From: an uncultured Spirochaetota bacterium
Lineage (GTDB): Bacteria; Spirochaetota; Brevinematia; Brevinematales; JAOACQ01
Assembly: GCA_963835575.1 (NCBI GenBank)
Contig: CAWIGG010000005.1
Location: 352,001-416,000, forward strand
Length of the DNA stretch: 64,000 nucleotides
Direction of reading: 5' to 3'
Made by a program: the position numbers and the translations under genes. Positions within the stretch are counted from its first letter, which is position 1, and every line of letters begins with the position of its first letter. This document shows positions 50,357 to 60,518 of this stretch, in pieces. Under the pieces are notes generated by a model, which worked only from the letters and a program-made list of their open reading frames with translations, made no database searches and was not told the origin of the DNA.

Positions 50357-51961
50357 TCACCGTTTATTGGCTAATTCAACATGAATGCGGCGGCCTTTAT
50401 ATTGCGCGCCGTTGAGAGACTCCAGAAACTTTGAGGAATACTGGGACGGAACGCTTACAAAAGAGAATTTTTCAAGCAGGGCGATATCGCCGATATCCCG
50501 CCCGCTGATCCCGCTTTTCTGAAAGATCCAGTCAATAAGGTCTTTTACCCCGATTTCATCCTTCCTGCCGAGCGTCACAAAAAACCGGGTCGTTTCTTCC
50601 TCATCCGTCGAAAATCCGATGCTGGGTTCTTCCGTCCCTTTCCTGTCCAGCATCATTTTCATCAGCGCTGCCGCCACCTCGATTGAGGAATATTCCTCAA
50701 GTGTATCGGAAATCATGGTGATGTATTTATCCAGCTCGCCGCTTTCAATGTTTTCCTTGATGGAAGAAACAAAAGCCTGGCTCCGGATATTCTCGACATC
50801 CTTTAAAGTCGGTATGCTTTTTCTTTCAATCTTAGACTTTATGAAGATTTCAATATCCTTTAATTTCCTGAATTCTTTTATTGTGACAAATGTGATCGCC
50901 ATACCGTCTTTTCCCGCCCGCGCCGTCCTGCCGATCCTGTGCACATAATATTCCTCATCCTGGGGAAGGTCATAGTTAAAAACGATGTCGATATCATCCA
51001 CATCAATGCCCCTCGCGGCCACGTCAGTCGCGATGAGTATTTCAAAATCATTGTTGCGGAAACGCTTCATCACATAATCGCGCTGGGTCTGCTTCATGTC
51101 GCCGTGGAGGCCTTCAACGGAATAGCCCGCCGCGTGTATCTTTTCCTTCAGTTCCTCCACGCCGACCTTTGTTTTGACAAAAACGATGGCAAGTTTCGGA
51201 TTATAAAAATCAATAAGCCTCGTCAAAACCGCCGGCTTGTCGCTTCCCCTGACCTCAAAATAAAACTGCCTGACCATGGGAACGGTCAGCTCTTTATGGA
51301 CAATCTTTATAAACCGCGGATTTTTCTGGAATTTTTTCGCGAGCCTCGTTATCTCTTCCGGCATTGTGGCCGAAAAAAGGACCGTCTGCTTGTCCGGGTC
51401 TGTCGTGTTTGTCAGTATATCCCTCACATCGTCCAGAAAACCCATATCCAGCATTTCATCCGCCTCGTCAAGGACAACGGTTTTGACTTCGTCCAGATGC
51501 ATCGTGCCGCGCCTCAAATGGTCCAGGATCCTTCCCGGGGTCCCTATAACGGCATGAACCCCCTGCTTGAGCGCCCTGAACTGCCTGTCAATCGACTGGC
51601 CGCCGTAGATCGGCACAATATTAAATCCTTTGTGAAACTTGGCCAGTTTATTGATCTCTTCCGCGACCTGAATGGCAAGCTCACGCGTCGGCGTCAGGAC
51701 CAGCGCCTGAATGTGCTTGGAATGATAATTCATTTTCTCAATGATCGGTATGCCGAATGCCGCGGTTTTGCCCGTGCCTGTCTGGGCCTGCCCGACTATG
51801 TCCTCGCCAGTCATCATGGCGGGTATGGCCAGGCTCTGGATCGGCGACGGTTCGGCGAAACCCATCTCCTCAATCGCCTTAAGAGTTTTCGGCGAAAGGT
51901 TCATTTCATTGAACGACCGGATTTCCAGGCTGTTTTCTTTTTCTACTTGTTTCTCATCCAT
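50357..51961 (-). CDS. deaD: DEAD-box RNA helicase with C-terminal DbpA-type RNA-binding domain
   Basis: AQTGTGKT, PTRELA, DEAD, SAT, ARGID, HRIGRTAR. Confidence 0.92.
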   Translation of the reverse strand: MDEKQVEKENSLEIRSFNEMNLSPKTLKAIEEMGFAEPSPIQSLAIPAMMTGEDIVGQAQTGTGKTAAFGIPIIEKMNYHSKHIQALVLTPTRELAIQVAEEINKLAKFHKGFNIVPIYGGQSIDRQFRALKQGVHAVIGTPGRILDHLRRGTMHLDEVKTVVLDEADEMLDMGFLDDVRDILTNTTDPDKQTVLFSATMPEEITRLAKKFQKNPRFIKIVHKELTVPMVRQFYFEVRGSDKPAVLTRLIDFYNPKLAIVFVKTKVGVEELKEKIHAAGYSVEGLHGDMKQTQRDYVMKRFRNNDFEILIATDVAARGIDVDDIDIVFNYDLPQDEEYYVHRIGRTARAGKDGMAITFVTIKEFRKLKDIEIFIKSKIERKSIPTLKDVENIRSQAFVSSIKENIESGELDKYITMISDTLEEYSSIEVAAALMKMMLDRKGTEEPSIGFSTDEEETTRFFVTLGRKDEIGVKDLIDWIFQKSGISGRDIGDIALLEKFSFVSVPSQYSSKFLESLNGAQYKGRRIHVELANKR

Positions 51962-52877
51962 TATTTTTTCTCCATTTAATTTGATATTTGCTTTCTATAC
52001 TGAGATTAATCTCTTTTATCATCATTTTTTTACAGATCAGGGAGGTTTCCATATATGTTCCGTCTCCCCCGTATTTCATATCTCCTGCCACGGGATGTCC
52101 CGCAGCCCGGCACACAGCCCTTATCTGGTGATGGCGGCCCGTCCATATCTCAACTTCGCATAAAGTCATATCCTCGTTGTTTGACAGCGGCCTTATGATA
52201 GTCGCCGAAATTTCCGGCGAATAAATATATTTCTGCTTTAACCAGTTTTCCTTATCAGGGATTTTATTTGTCATGTTTAAATTCCTGACCTCCACAACAC
52301 TCCGGCCCGGCAGACGCGCGATATCAGCCTCAATAAACACTTCTTCCTTCAGGCTCCCTTTCAGGAGGGTATGATATATTTTCAGCACCTTCCCCGCCCG
52401 GAAATATTCCGAAAATCTCCTGGCCGCCTCATAATTCCGGGCGAATAAAACTATGCCCGCTGTATTTTTATCAATCCGGTGCACAGGGACAACAAATTCA
52501 TAAGATTCATTATTTTGATAAAGATAGGCTTTGACCCTTTCATTGAGAGAACCCTGACAATCCTTTTTATGAGAAGAATGGACCGCTGTTTTATCATCCT
52601 TATCGACTGCAATAATCTGATCATCAGAATAGAGAACGTCCAGATGCCCGGGCAAATTTAAAAATTTATCTTTCTTTTCCATCAATTCGAGAAACTTTGA
52701 GTATATCTCATCATTTTGCTTGACAACTGCCGAGCCTTCGGCTTTTCTTCCGTTTATCAGGATCAATCCTTTTCTGAACAGTTTGTATAGATAAACCTTC
52801 GTGCCGTCTGTCTTTCTCAGCAGGTATTTTATCGCCTTTTGACCGCTTTCGGAAACATCCACTATGATTTTCAACAC
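51954..52877 (-). CDS. RluA-family pseudouridine synthase with S4-like N-terminus
   Basis: HRIDKNTAG, TGRHHQIR, PVAGDMKYG. Confidence 0.9.
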   Translation of the reverse strand: MLKIIVDVSESGQKAIKYLLRKTDGTKVYLYKLFRKGLILINGRKAEGSAVVKQNDEIYSKFLELMEKKDKFLNLPGHLDVLYSDDQIIAVDKDDKTAVHSSHKKDCQGSLNERVKAYLYQNNESYEFVVPVHRIDKNTAGIVLFARNYEAARRFSEYFRAGKVLKIYHTLLKGSLKEEVFIEADIARLPGRSVVEVRNLNMTNKIPDKENWLKQKYIYSPEISATIIRPLSNNEDMTLCEVEIWTGRHHQIRAVCRAAGHPVAGDMKYGGDGTYMETSLICKKMMIKEINLSIESKYQIKWRKNNG

Positions 52878-52900
52878 TTTCTTATTACCGGACCCCGAAC

Positions 52901-54862
52901 TTAAAATAAAGGATCCAGAACTCCTGAAATAATATAATTTTCTCTTTCTTTTTTTATTTTAAATATAACATATGAATAAGGTTTCCCGGCTATCAATTTA
53001 TAAGCCTGGATATACAGCTCATTATTCGTCTGATTCTGAGTATCATACAAAAATTGAATATTCGTATCAATTGCGGCGCTTCTTTCCCTGTCTGCCGGAA
53101 TAGTTTCAAAATCCCCGGATGCCTCATTTGTTTTATCAATTTTGACATTTTTACTATTTATTTTCTGATAATTATAAAAACTGTTTACGGCGTTAATGAT
53201 CATTTCACCGTTATTATTCGTTACAAATAAAATCCGGTTATCAGACAATTTTTCTTCAAGCATATCCATTTTTGATTTTGCTTCAATAGATAAAATATAA
53301 TATTCAACAATAATATTTGTATTGGAATTTTTAACTAATTCTATCGAATTGGTAAAAACACGATCCGGGTAACGTTCAATGAGCGATACCTTGAGCGGAA
53401 TGGGAAAATTGTTGTTTATAATAATCATTCTTTTGGCATCTATTGATATGCCTTTTTTAATTTTATTTGTCACAAAAACATTGATATAAGAAAGCTCAAT
53501 ATTATAGAGCTTATTATCCTTCCAGAGGGACAGAGCATCGCCGTTAATCAAATTGGTCATTTCACTGTCCGTTAAATCAGAAGCAGTCTGTATTAACTCA
53601 TCCAGCCCGACCTCAGTATAGGAATATTTCTGGATAAGCATATTGACATAATTATAAAATTCATCTTTATTCTCGCCGAATGCCGAATGAAGCACATTAA
53701 CGCCGTAGATGTAGTTGAATAATCTCAAATTTGTTTGATTGGCCAGCTGAAGATTAATCAAATCAATCCTGTTTCTTTGAATGAATTTATTATATATCGC
53801 CGGATTATAATAAGCTATGGTCGTCAGGCCCATATACTCGGCAAAAGACTCCGATTCAATATAATCTTTTTCCTCAAATTTTAAAAATGGAGGCACATAA
53901 GCATGGGAAAGCTCGTGCGCCAGTACCTCAAACAGCTTTGCATAGCTCTGCCTCGGGATATAAGGGATCGCAGAATTTTCAAGTTGCTCATCATCCAGAA
54001 GGCCGTCGGATGTCAATTCGGGAGATATCTGCACGATATTGGCCATCTTTTCGCCGTCTATGAATTCCTCGGTGTCCTTATACTGAAACAGCTCATTAAC
54101 CACATATGTCTGGGAATAAGGGTATTTCCACAATCTGTTTGATAAAAAATCAATCGTTTTGGATGTATCATCGAAAATCAGGCCGATATTATTCGTTTCA
54201 GTAGTATAAACGCTTATATTATCTTTCTTGATCCTTTCAAACAAGCCGATGAAAATGTCCCCGGTATGCAGGATATCATCAGTCTCGCTTTCCCATAATG
54301 TGGTTTTTTTATTGTTCTTTACGGACTCTTCCTGCTCTTTCCCGCCCATTACCGTATAATAATTATCCGGAGTTATTATCTTGATTGAATAAAGAAAGGC
54401 CGGCAAATCGGCAAAAGGGACCGGCAGCCATATTTTTTTAGCGTCCATAAAAACCGTATCCGCAGTCAGGAGAAAACGGTCTTCCTCCACAGGCCCGCTG
54501 ATATGGAACTTGATTTCAATTTTCGCCGACGCTCCGCTTAAAAGAGAAGCGACCCGGATCCTGTATATACCGCTTCCATAACCTATTCCCTGTTCAAAAC
54601 GGATTGTATCCCCGTTATAGCGGATGTTGTCGATTATAACCTGGGAATGGGATATGAAAAATATTTCCTGAAGGGTTTTATTCTGTTTATTTTTAATTGT
54701 ATAAATCAAATCCCCGGACATGGAAACATTATCCGGATCAAAACTGACATCGCCTTCCAGGAACTGGACAGAAACGGTTTTTCTGAGCATGAACTCGTCG
54801 CATGAGACAAAAATAAGACAAAAGCTTAGCGATAAACAGTAAAGAATTTTCCTGAGAAACAT
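52901..54862 (-). CDS. Lipoprotein, M1/gluzincin-like metallopeptidase
   Basis: Lipobox FVSC; AHELSH followed by ESFAEY. Confidence 0.7.
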   Translation of the reverse strand: MFLRKILYCLSLSFCLIFVSCDEFMLRKTVSVQFLEGDVSFDPDNVSMSGDLIYTIKNKQNKTLQEIFFISHSQVIIDNIRYNGDTIRFEQGIGYGSGIYRIRVASLLSGASAKIEIKFHISGPVEEDRFLLTADTVFMDAKKIWLPVPFADLPAFLYSIKIITPDNYYTVMGGKEQEESVKNNKKTTLWESETDDILHTGDIFIGLFERIKKDNISVYTTETNNIGLIFDDTSKTIDFLSNRLWKYPYSQTYVVNELFQYKDTEEFIDGEKMANIVQISPELTSDGLLDDEQLENSAIPYIPRQSYAKLFEVLAHELSHAYVPPFLKFEEKDYIESESFAEYMGLTTIAYYNPAIYNKFIQRNRIDLINLQLANQTNLRLFNYIYGVNVLHSAFGENKDEFYNYVNMLIQKYSYTEVGLDELIQTASDLTDSEMTNLINGDALSLWKDNKLYNIELSYINVFVTNKIKKGISIDAKRMIIINNNFPIPLKVSLIERYPDRVFTNSIELVKNSNTNIIVEYYILSIEAKSKMDMLEEKLSDNRILFVTNNNGEMIINAVNSFYNYQKINSKNVKIDKTNEASGDFETIPADRERSAAIDTNIQFLYDTQNQTNNELYIQAYKLIAGKPYSYVIFKIKKERENYIISGVLDPLF

Positions 54863-54887
54863 GACGTATTAACTCCCAGAGTATAAA

Positions 54888-55265
54888 CTACTTTAAACCA
54901 AACAATCTTTTTATGAAATTCCAGATCCTTATGAAAATATTCGGGGAAAGGAGTTTTTTCTTTTTCGCAAGCCCGTCGTTCAGTTCTTCTATGGTAAAAT
55001 CCTTTCTGACCATATTTTCATGCATTTCCATTTCCAGAAAATCCAGCCCGCTTTCCGGGATAATGACGCGCACCTCAATGTCCCTCCAGCCCAATTCCCG
55101 CGCGGCGCATAATCTTCTAAAACCGCTGATCAGATCATTCTGGGGAGTGATCACTATGGGATTGATCAGACCGTATTTTTCAAGGCTGGATTTTAAATTT
55201 GACAAGTCCCCGATTTCTTTTCTAACCCTTTTGCCGATTATAATATCATTAATGGCAATCTTCAT
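54888..55265 (-). CDS. ParB N-terminal domain protein
   Basis: GLINPI, LISGFRRL, ENMVRKD. Confidence 0.85.
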   Translation of the reverse strand: MKIAINDIIIGKRVRKEIGDLSNLKSSLEKYGLINPIVITPQNDLISGFRRLCAARELGWRDIEVRVIIPESGLDFLEMEMHENMVRKDFTIEELNDGLAKKKKLLSPNIFIRIWNFIKRLFGLK

Positions 55266-55408
55266 AACGAACTCCGTTAAGAATAAAATAACTTAATATA
55301 GTATAATGAGTTAATGCAATAGTGTCAATTTGTTTAAAAGTATTATTTGTTCCATTGATTTTTATCCGGATGTGTTTTAAAGTAATGATCTCATCCCTAT
55401 GATAAACC

Positions 55409-56251
55409 ATGGAAAGGATTTTTATAACTATGATATACAATCCGTTTTCAGTCCAATTTTTAAAAGAAGCCCTTCATCAAAATAAATTATGGCTTTCACA
55501 GGAAAGAGGACAGAATTATCTCATCGACAGGAATAATGCCGTAAAAATAGTCTCATGCATTCCCCCTGCTTCAACAGTACTGGAAGTCGGAAGCGGTATG
55601 GGCGCTCTGACCTGTCTTATGATAGAAAGTCACAAGGTTTTTTCCATCGAGATCGATAAGGGAATTTTTGAATTCCTCAATTCTGAGCTGAAAAGCCCGA
55701 ACTTAATTCTCTTTAATGAGGATTTCCTGAAATTCGACCTGTCAAAGCTCAAAGAGAAAGATCTTTTTTTCGTATCCAATGTTCCCTATTCCATAGCGGG
55801 CGAAGTGATAAAAAAATTCATCGACAGCCCGGAGTTCAATGCCGGCATCATGATGCTTCAGGAAGAGCTTGTCGGGAGAATACTGGCCCGGCCGTCCTCC
55901 TCTCAGTTCGGCCCTTTTTCCATTCTCTGCCGGTATTATCTTGATATTGAAAAACTCTTCCCTGTCAGCAGGAATAGTTTTTTCCCGGCTCCTTCCGTCG
56001 ACTCCGCCGTTATTCAAATGAAAAAGAAAAAGACTTCCATTCCCCAGGACGCATTCAACCTTTTCCTGAGAAAGGCTTTCCTCGCGAAAAGGAAAACCAT
56101 CTATAACAATTTAAAAGATTCAGGCTTTTCGAAAGAAGCGCTCATTAAAACCGGCGTTGACCCTGCGGTCAGGCCGCAGGATATAACAATCGAGCTTTGG
56201 GAGAAGCTCTATTTGGAATTTGAGAAACTGCAGAAAGCCTTTCAGACATGA
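55409..56251 (+). CDS. rsmA: 16S rRNA adenine dimethyltransferase
   Basis: GQNYL, EVGSGMG, EID, NVPY, F.PAPSVDS. Confidence 0.92.
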   Translation: MERIFITMIYNPFSVQFLKEALHQNKLWLSQERGQNYLIDRNNAVKIVSCIPPASTVLEVGSGMGALTCLMIESHKVFSIEIDKGIFEFLNSELKSPNLILFNEDFLKFDLSKLKEKDLFFVSNVPYSIAGEVIKKFIDSPEFNAGIMMLQEELVGRILARPSSSQFGPFSILCRYYLDIEKLFPVSRNSFFPAPSVDSAVIQMKKKKTSIPQDAFNLFLRKAFLAKRKTIYNNLKDSGFSKEALIKTGVDPAVRPQDITIELWEKLYLEFEKLQKAFQT

Positions 56252-56271
56252 GGGTTTTTTCCGGCAGCAAC

Positions 56272-56605
56272 TGCCGGGGGTTTTTACCGGCTGACAGCCA
56301 GGGGGATTGCTACCTTTCTGTCTTTTCGAAAAGACAGAAAGGTAGCACCAAAGAAAGAAAACAGGTCGAGGCCATTTTCATACTAAGCAGTCGGATAATA
56401 CCGAGGAGTGCTATCCGGCTTTTAATAAACTGTTCCTCATTGAAATAGCCTCCTCATGTCGCCGTCCGATGGCTTTATTCGTCGGTTTTGACATCCGTGT
56501 CAAAAGCATGTGCCTCTCTTCTATTATTATAGCAGCGGATGACACGTCAATAAATCGAGATATTTGATGTGCTGATTATGGCCAGGAGGAAAATGGCCTC
56601 GGGTT
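56272..56605. repeat. Hairpin family H2, inverted copy
   Basis: Reverse-complement homolog of 23060-23460. Confidence 0.82.
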
Positions 56606-56679
56606 CGGATGGTTTTTTGAGCGGCTTTTTTGATTAATATTTTTTTCATTTATGATAAACCATTCTTTTTTATCCGGTA

Positions 56680-56701
56680 TAACAGACATTCCTGTCTGTT
56701 A
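56680..56701. repeat. Intergenic copy of the RAYT-associated REP
   Basis: taacagaca-ttcc-tgtctgtta. Confidence 0.75.
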
Positions 56702-56848
56702 ATCTGTTCAAAATTCCTACGCCGTAGATTCTTACCTATCTAATGACTAAAATTAAAGAATTATTTGTTATAAGACTTTGGCTTAATCATTTGAAAAGAT
56801 ATATAATTAATGAATTAAACAACCCTGAATTTTTCAAAGGATTGAAAA

Positions 56849-59800
56849 ATGGAAATGAAGGAAAAGCTGAAATCGTTAAAAATACTTACGGATAATTTCA
56901 AAGCCAACATTAAACAATATAAAAGTCTTTCCTATGACGAAGCCAATACACGGGTGGATTTTATCGATAAATTCTTCGAGATTCTGGACTGGGATGTCAG
57001 AAACGAGCAGGGTTATTCCGAGGATTACAGGGATGTGGTGCGTGAAGACAGGGTCGTCATCGCCGGAAAACCGAAGGCGCCGGATTACAGCTTCCGCATC
57101 GGCGGCGGCCGCAAGTTTTTCGTGGAAGCCAAAAAACCCAGCGTCAACGTTAAAGAGGAAATCGATCCGGCCTATCAAATCCGCCGTTACGGTTATACCG
57201 CGAAAGTTCCCCTGTCAATCCTGACTGACTTTGAGGAATTCGCCGTTTATGACACCCGCATTAAGCCCCACAAAAACGATAAGGCAAGCGTCAGCCGGGT
57301 CTTCTACTGCATTTACGACGAATATGAAAAGCAGTTCGATTTTATTTACAATACTTTTTCTAAAAACGCCATACTCAAGGGGAGCTTCGACAGGTATATC
57401 GGGGAAAGCAAAATCAAAAAAGGCACTTCGGAAGTGGACAGGGAATTCCTCAAGCTTATCTCGGACTGGCGCGAGGAGCTGGCGAAAAACATTGCGCTCC
57501 GGAATTCCGACCTCGATATTTACCAGATCAATTACGCCGTCCAGAAAATCATCGACAGGGTCATATTTCTTCGGATCGCCGAGGACAGGGGCACGGAAAA
57601 GTACGGCAGTATCCGGGAAATGACCGGGCAGAGGAACGCCTACGCTTCCCTGAACTCATTATTTGTCAGGGCAAACGACAAGTACGACAGCGACCTCTTC
57701 AAAATCGAGCCGTTTCTAGTTAGCCTCTCCATAGACAACGATCTTTTGATTGATATTGCTTCACAAATGTACTACCCGGACTGTCCTTATGAGTTTTCCG
57801 TGCTTCCCATCGAGGCGCTGGGAAATATCTATGAGCAGTTCCTCGGCAAGATCATCCGGCTTACCGCCGGACATCAGGCCAAAGTGGAAGAAAAGCCGGA
57901 AGTCAGGAAAGCCGGCGGCGTTTACTACACCCCTCAATACATTGTGAATTATATCGTTGAAAATACCGTGGGCGCCCTATTAAAAGGTGAAACATGCAAC
58001 CCCGGTGCCACAGGCATTCCTGCCTGTGGCAATAATCCCGCGTTAAAAATAAAAAAGAGAAACCTGCCTCACTGGACAATCGATGACGCGACATATTTTA
58101 TCACTTTTAACAGCATTGACAGAAAACCATTATCATCAGAAGATCAGAAAATAGCAATGGATCATATTAAAGAGGGAAATAATAAATTTTATGATTTATT
58201 ATGCGTTGTAATAATGCCGGATCATGTTCATCTCATATTCAAACCCCTGGAAAAGTACAACCTGCCGGATATTATGAAAGGGATAAAGGGCGTATCAGCG
58301 CATAAGATTAACGTGAAAAACGGCGGCACAGGTTCGATCTGGCAGGACGAGTCTTATGACAGGATTATCAGAAATGAAAAAGAACTGATTGAAAAGATAC
58401 ATTATATGTATGATAACCCGAAAAAAGAAGGTTTAACAGAAGAAACTTACGATTATTCCGGCTGGTATTTTAATGAGGAATATTTTGGAAGCCCTGCAGA
58501 TCAGTCTGTTGATAAAGTCACAGACAGGAATGTCTGTAATACCGCTGGTAAAACCAGTAAAAGAAGTGGTACAGACAACCGTGCCACAGACATTCCTGTC
58601 TGTGGTTCACCAATGACCCCCGCTGAAATCTCCAAACTTAAAATCCTCGACCCCGCTTGCGGTTCCGGCTCGTTCCTGATCGGGGCTTATACATACCTCC
58701 TCAATTACCATAAAAAATACTACACCGATGAAAAGAGGATCGGCAAGGCCCTCAAGGAAGGGAAAATCTACCAGATCGACGAAAAGCATTACCATCTCTC
58801 TATAAAGGAAAAGCAGAAGATACTTCTGAACAATATCTACGGCGTGGACATCGACCCTCAGGCCGTGGAAGTGACCAAGCTTTCGCTCTATCTCAAGCTG
58901 ATGGAAAACGAGGCGTCCGAAACGGAAGAATTCCTCGGCGGGCATGAATGGAAAAGCGGAAGGGACAAACTCCTGCCCGGCCTCTCAGACAATATCAAAT
59001 GCGGCAACAGCCTCATCGCCAGCGATTTTTATGATGACTCAGGCTCCCTGTTCGATAAAGAGACGATCCGGTCGATCAATGCATTTGATTGGGAAAAGGA
59101 GTTCCCGGAAGTATTTAAAACTTCAACGGAAAAAGGTCCACGCAATATCAATGGTGCCACAGGCATTCCTGCCTGTGGTCAGGATCATCCCGGCGAGGGT
59201 AATAAAAAGTCCACAGACAAGAATGTCTGTGACACCAATGTCTGTGGCACCGTATCTAATACCGGCGGGTTTGATGTGGTGATCGGGAACCCGCCGTATA
59301 CCTACTTAATTTCTTTAGAGGAACAAAAATATTATTCTGAGAAATACAAACATCAGGATTATCAAAAAGACCTTTATTTATTATTTTTGGAAAGATACAG
59401 CAAATTATTAAAAATAAATGGGGTTTTAGGTATCATTATATCTAATACCTGGCTTCAATCGTTGACATATCAAAAAATTAGAATCTATATGACATCTTTT
59501 TACAAATGGAAAAAGATTTTACATATACCTGAAAAGGTCTTTAATGCCGTAGTTGATACTCATATTTTAATATTTGAAAGAAAAGATATTTTAGAAACGG
59601 ATGATTATAATTTTGATATTGAAATTTTAAGAAATAATAGTATTGTTCCTTCTCATACACTGTCAATTAAAGATATACCTCGAAACGGTGATTCAATCAA
59701 CATTGTGGCTGATAAATCAAAGAGAGTTATTTATAAAAAAATCATAGGAAAATCAAAACTTTTAAAAGAATTATATACTGTCTATAACGGAGTGAAACCT

Positions 59801-60472
59801 TTTGAAAAAGGTAAAGGAAATCCGCCTCAAATGGAAAAGACAATGAAAGAAAAACCATTTGTTAAAGAAGGTAAACGTCCCGGAAAGGAATGGAAACCTT
59901 TATTAAGGGGCAGTTTGATAAACCGTTATATAAATCTTTGGAATAAAGATTACTGGATTCTTTATGGTGAATGGTTGGCTGCGCCAAGGAATCCTAAAAT
60001 ATTTGATGCAGAATTAAAACTGCTTGTTAGGCAGACTGGAGATTCAATAATATCTACAATAGTACAAGAAGGTTATATCGCAAGAGATAATTTACATATT
60101 ATTTTATCGAGTAATAACAATAATTTATTATACCTATTAGGAATATTAAATTCTAAGCTAATGGATTTTGCTTATACTATTTTAAATCCAGAAAAAGGTG
60201 AAGCCTTAGCTCAAGTAAAGAAAGAACATGTTGAATATTTACCTATTAAAACAATAGATTTCTCAAAACATCTAGAAAAAGAAAAGCATGATAAAATGGT
60301 TTCACTCGTCAACAAAATGCTAACTACTCAAAATGAAATCAACAACACCAAAAACGAGCAGGATAAGGCGCTTTTACAGAAGCAGGCCGACCTTCTGGAC
60401 AGGCAGATCGACCGGCTGGTGTATGAGCTGTATGGGTTGACGGAGGAGGAGATCAAGGTGGTAGAGGGATGA
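56849..60472 (+). CDS. Type IIG (Eco57I-like) restriction-modification enzyme with an in-frame RAYT domain
   Basis: PDY...VEAKK nuclease; GVYYTP, LDPACGSGSF and GNPPY adenine methyltransferase motifs; C-terminal TRD and IDRLVYELYGL. Confidence 0.92.
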   Translation: MEMKEKLKSLKILTDNFKANIKQYKSLSYDEANTRVDFIDKFFEILDWDVRNEQGYSEDYRDVVREDRVVIAGKPKAPDYSFRIGGGRKFFVEAKKPSVNVKEEIDPAYQIRRYGYTAKVPLSILTDFEEFAVYDTRIKPHKNDKASVSRVFYCIYDEYEKQFDFIYNTFSKNAILKGSFDRYIGESKIKKGTSEVDREFLKLISDWREELAKNIALRNSDLDIYQINYAVQKIIDRVIFLRIAEDRGTEKYGSIREMTGQRNAYASLNSLFVRANDKYDSDLFKIEPFLVSLSIDNDLLIDIASQMYYPDCPYEFSVLPIEALGNIYEQFLGKIIRLTAGHQAKVEEKPEVRKAGGVYYTPQYIVNYIVENTVGALLKGETCNPGATGIPACGNNPALKIKKRNLPHWTIDDATYFITFNSIDRKPLSSEDQKIAMDHIKEGNNKFYDLLCVVIMPDHVHLIFKPLEKYNLPDIMKGIKGVSAHKINVKNGGTGSIWQDESYDRIIRNEKELIEKIHYMYDNPKKEGLTEETYDYSGWYFNEEYFGSPADQSVDKVTDRNVCNTAGKTSKRSGTDNRATDIPVCGSPMTPAEISKLKILDPACGSGSFLIGAYTYLLNYHKKYYTDEKRIGKALKEGKIYQIDEKHYHLSIKEKQKILLNNIYGVDIDPQAVEVTKLSLYLKLMENEASETEEFLGGHEWKSGRDKLLPGLSDNIKCGNSLIASDFYDDSGSLFDKETIRSINAFDWEKEFPEVFKTSTEKGPRNINGATGIPACGQDHPGEGNKKSTDKNVCDTNVCGTVSNTGGFDVVIGNPPYTYLISLEEQKYYSEKYKHQDYQKDLYLLFLERYSKLLKINGVLGIIISNTWLQSLTYQKIRIYMTSFYKWKKILHIPEKVFNAVVDTHILIFERKDILETDDYNFDIEILRNNSIVPSHTLSIKDIPRNGDSINIVADKSKRVIYKKIIGKSKLLKELYTVYNGVKPFEKGKGNPPQMEKTMKEKPFVKEGKRPGKEWKPLLRGSLINRYINLWNKDYWILYGEWLAAPRNPKIFDAELKLLVRQTGDSIISTIVQEGYIARDNLHIILSSNNNNLLYLLGILNSKLMDFAYTILNPEKGEALAQVKKEHVEYLPIKTIDFSKHLEKEKHDKMVSLVNKMLTTQNEINNTKNEQDKALLQKQADLLDRQIDRLVYELYGLTEEEIKVVEG
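58006..58605 (+). mobile_element. RAYT (Y1 HUH transposase) domain with flanking REP palindromes, embedded in frame
   Basis: RNLPHW, YFITF, MPDHVH (HUH), WQDESYDRIIR, Y..DNP; REPs at 58006-58031, 58520-58537 and 58584-58605. Confidence 0.9.
59153..59251. repeat. REP doublet (REPIN-like) inside the RM coding sequence
   Basis: ggtgccacaggcattcctgcctgtgg ... cacagacaagaatgtctgtg ... aatgtctgtggcacc. Confidence 0.88.
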
Positions 60473-60518
60473 CGGCGTTGAACTTTTTTAGGCAAAATTT
60501 GCATAGAAAGGAAGTTTT

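Noticed and set aside
50939..51979. Long antisense ORFs (e.g. 346 aa opposite deaD, also 2506..3105, 30067..30681, 61524..62174)
   Set aside because: They are shadow frames of well-supported genes and have no recognisable motifs.
58006..58605. RAYT insert as an intein or self-splicing intron
   Set aside because: There is no C-terminal His-Asn + Cys/Ser/Thr junction or other Hint motif, and no intron features are evident.
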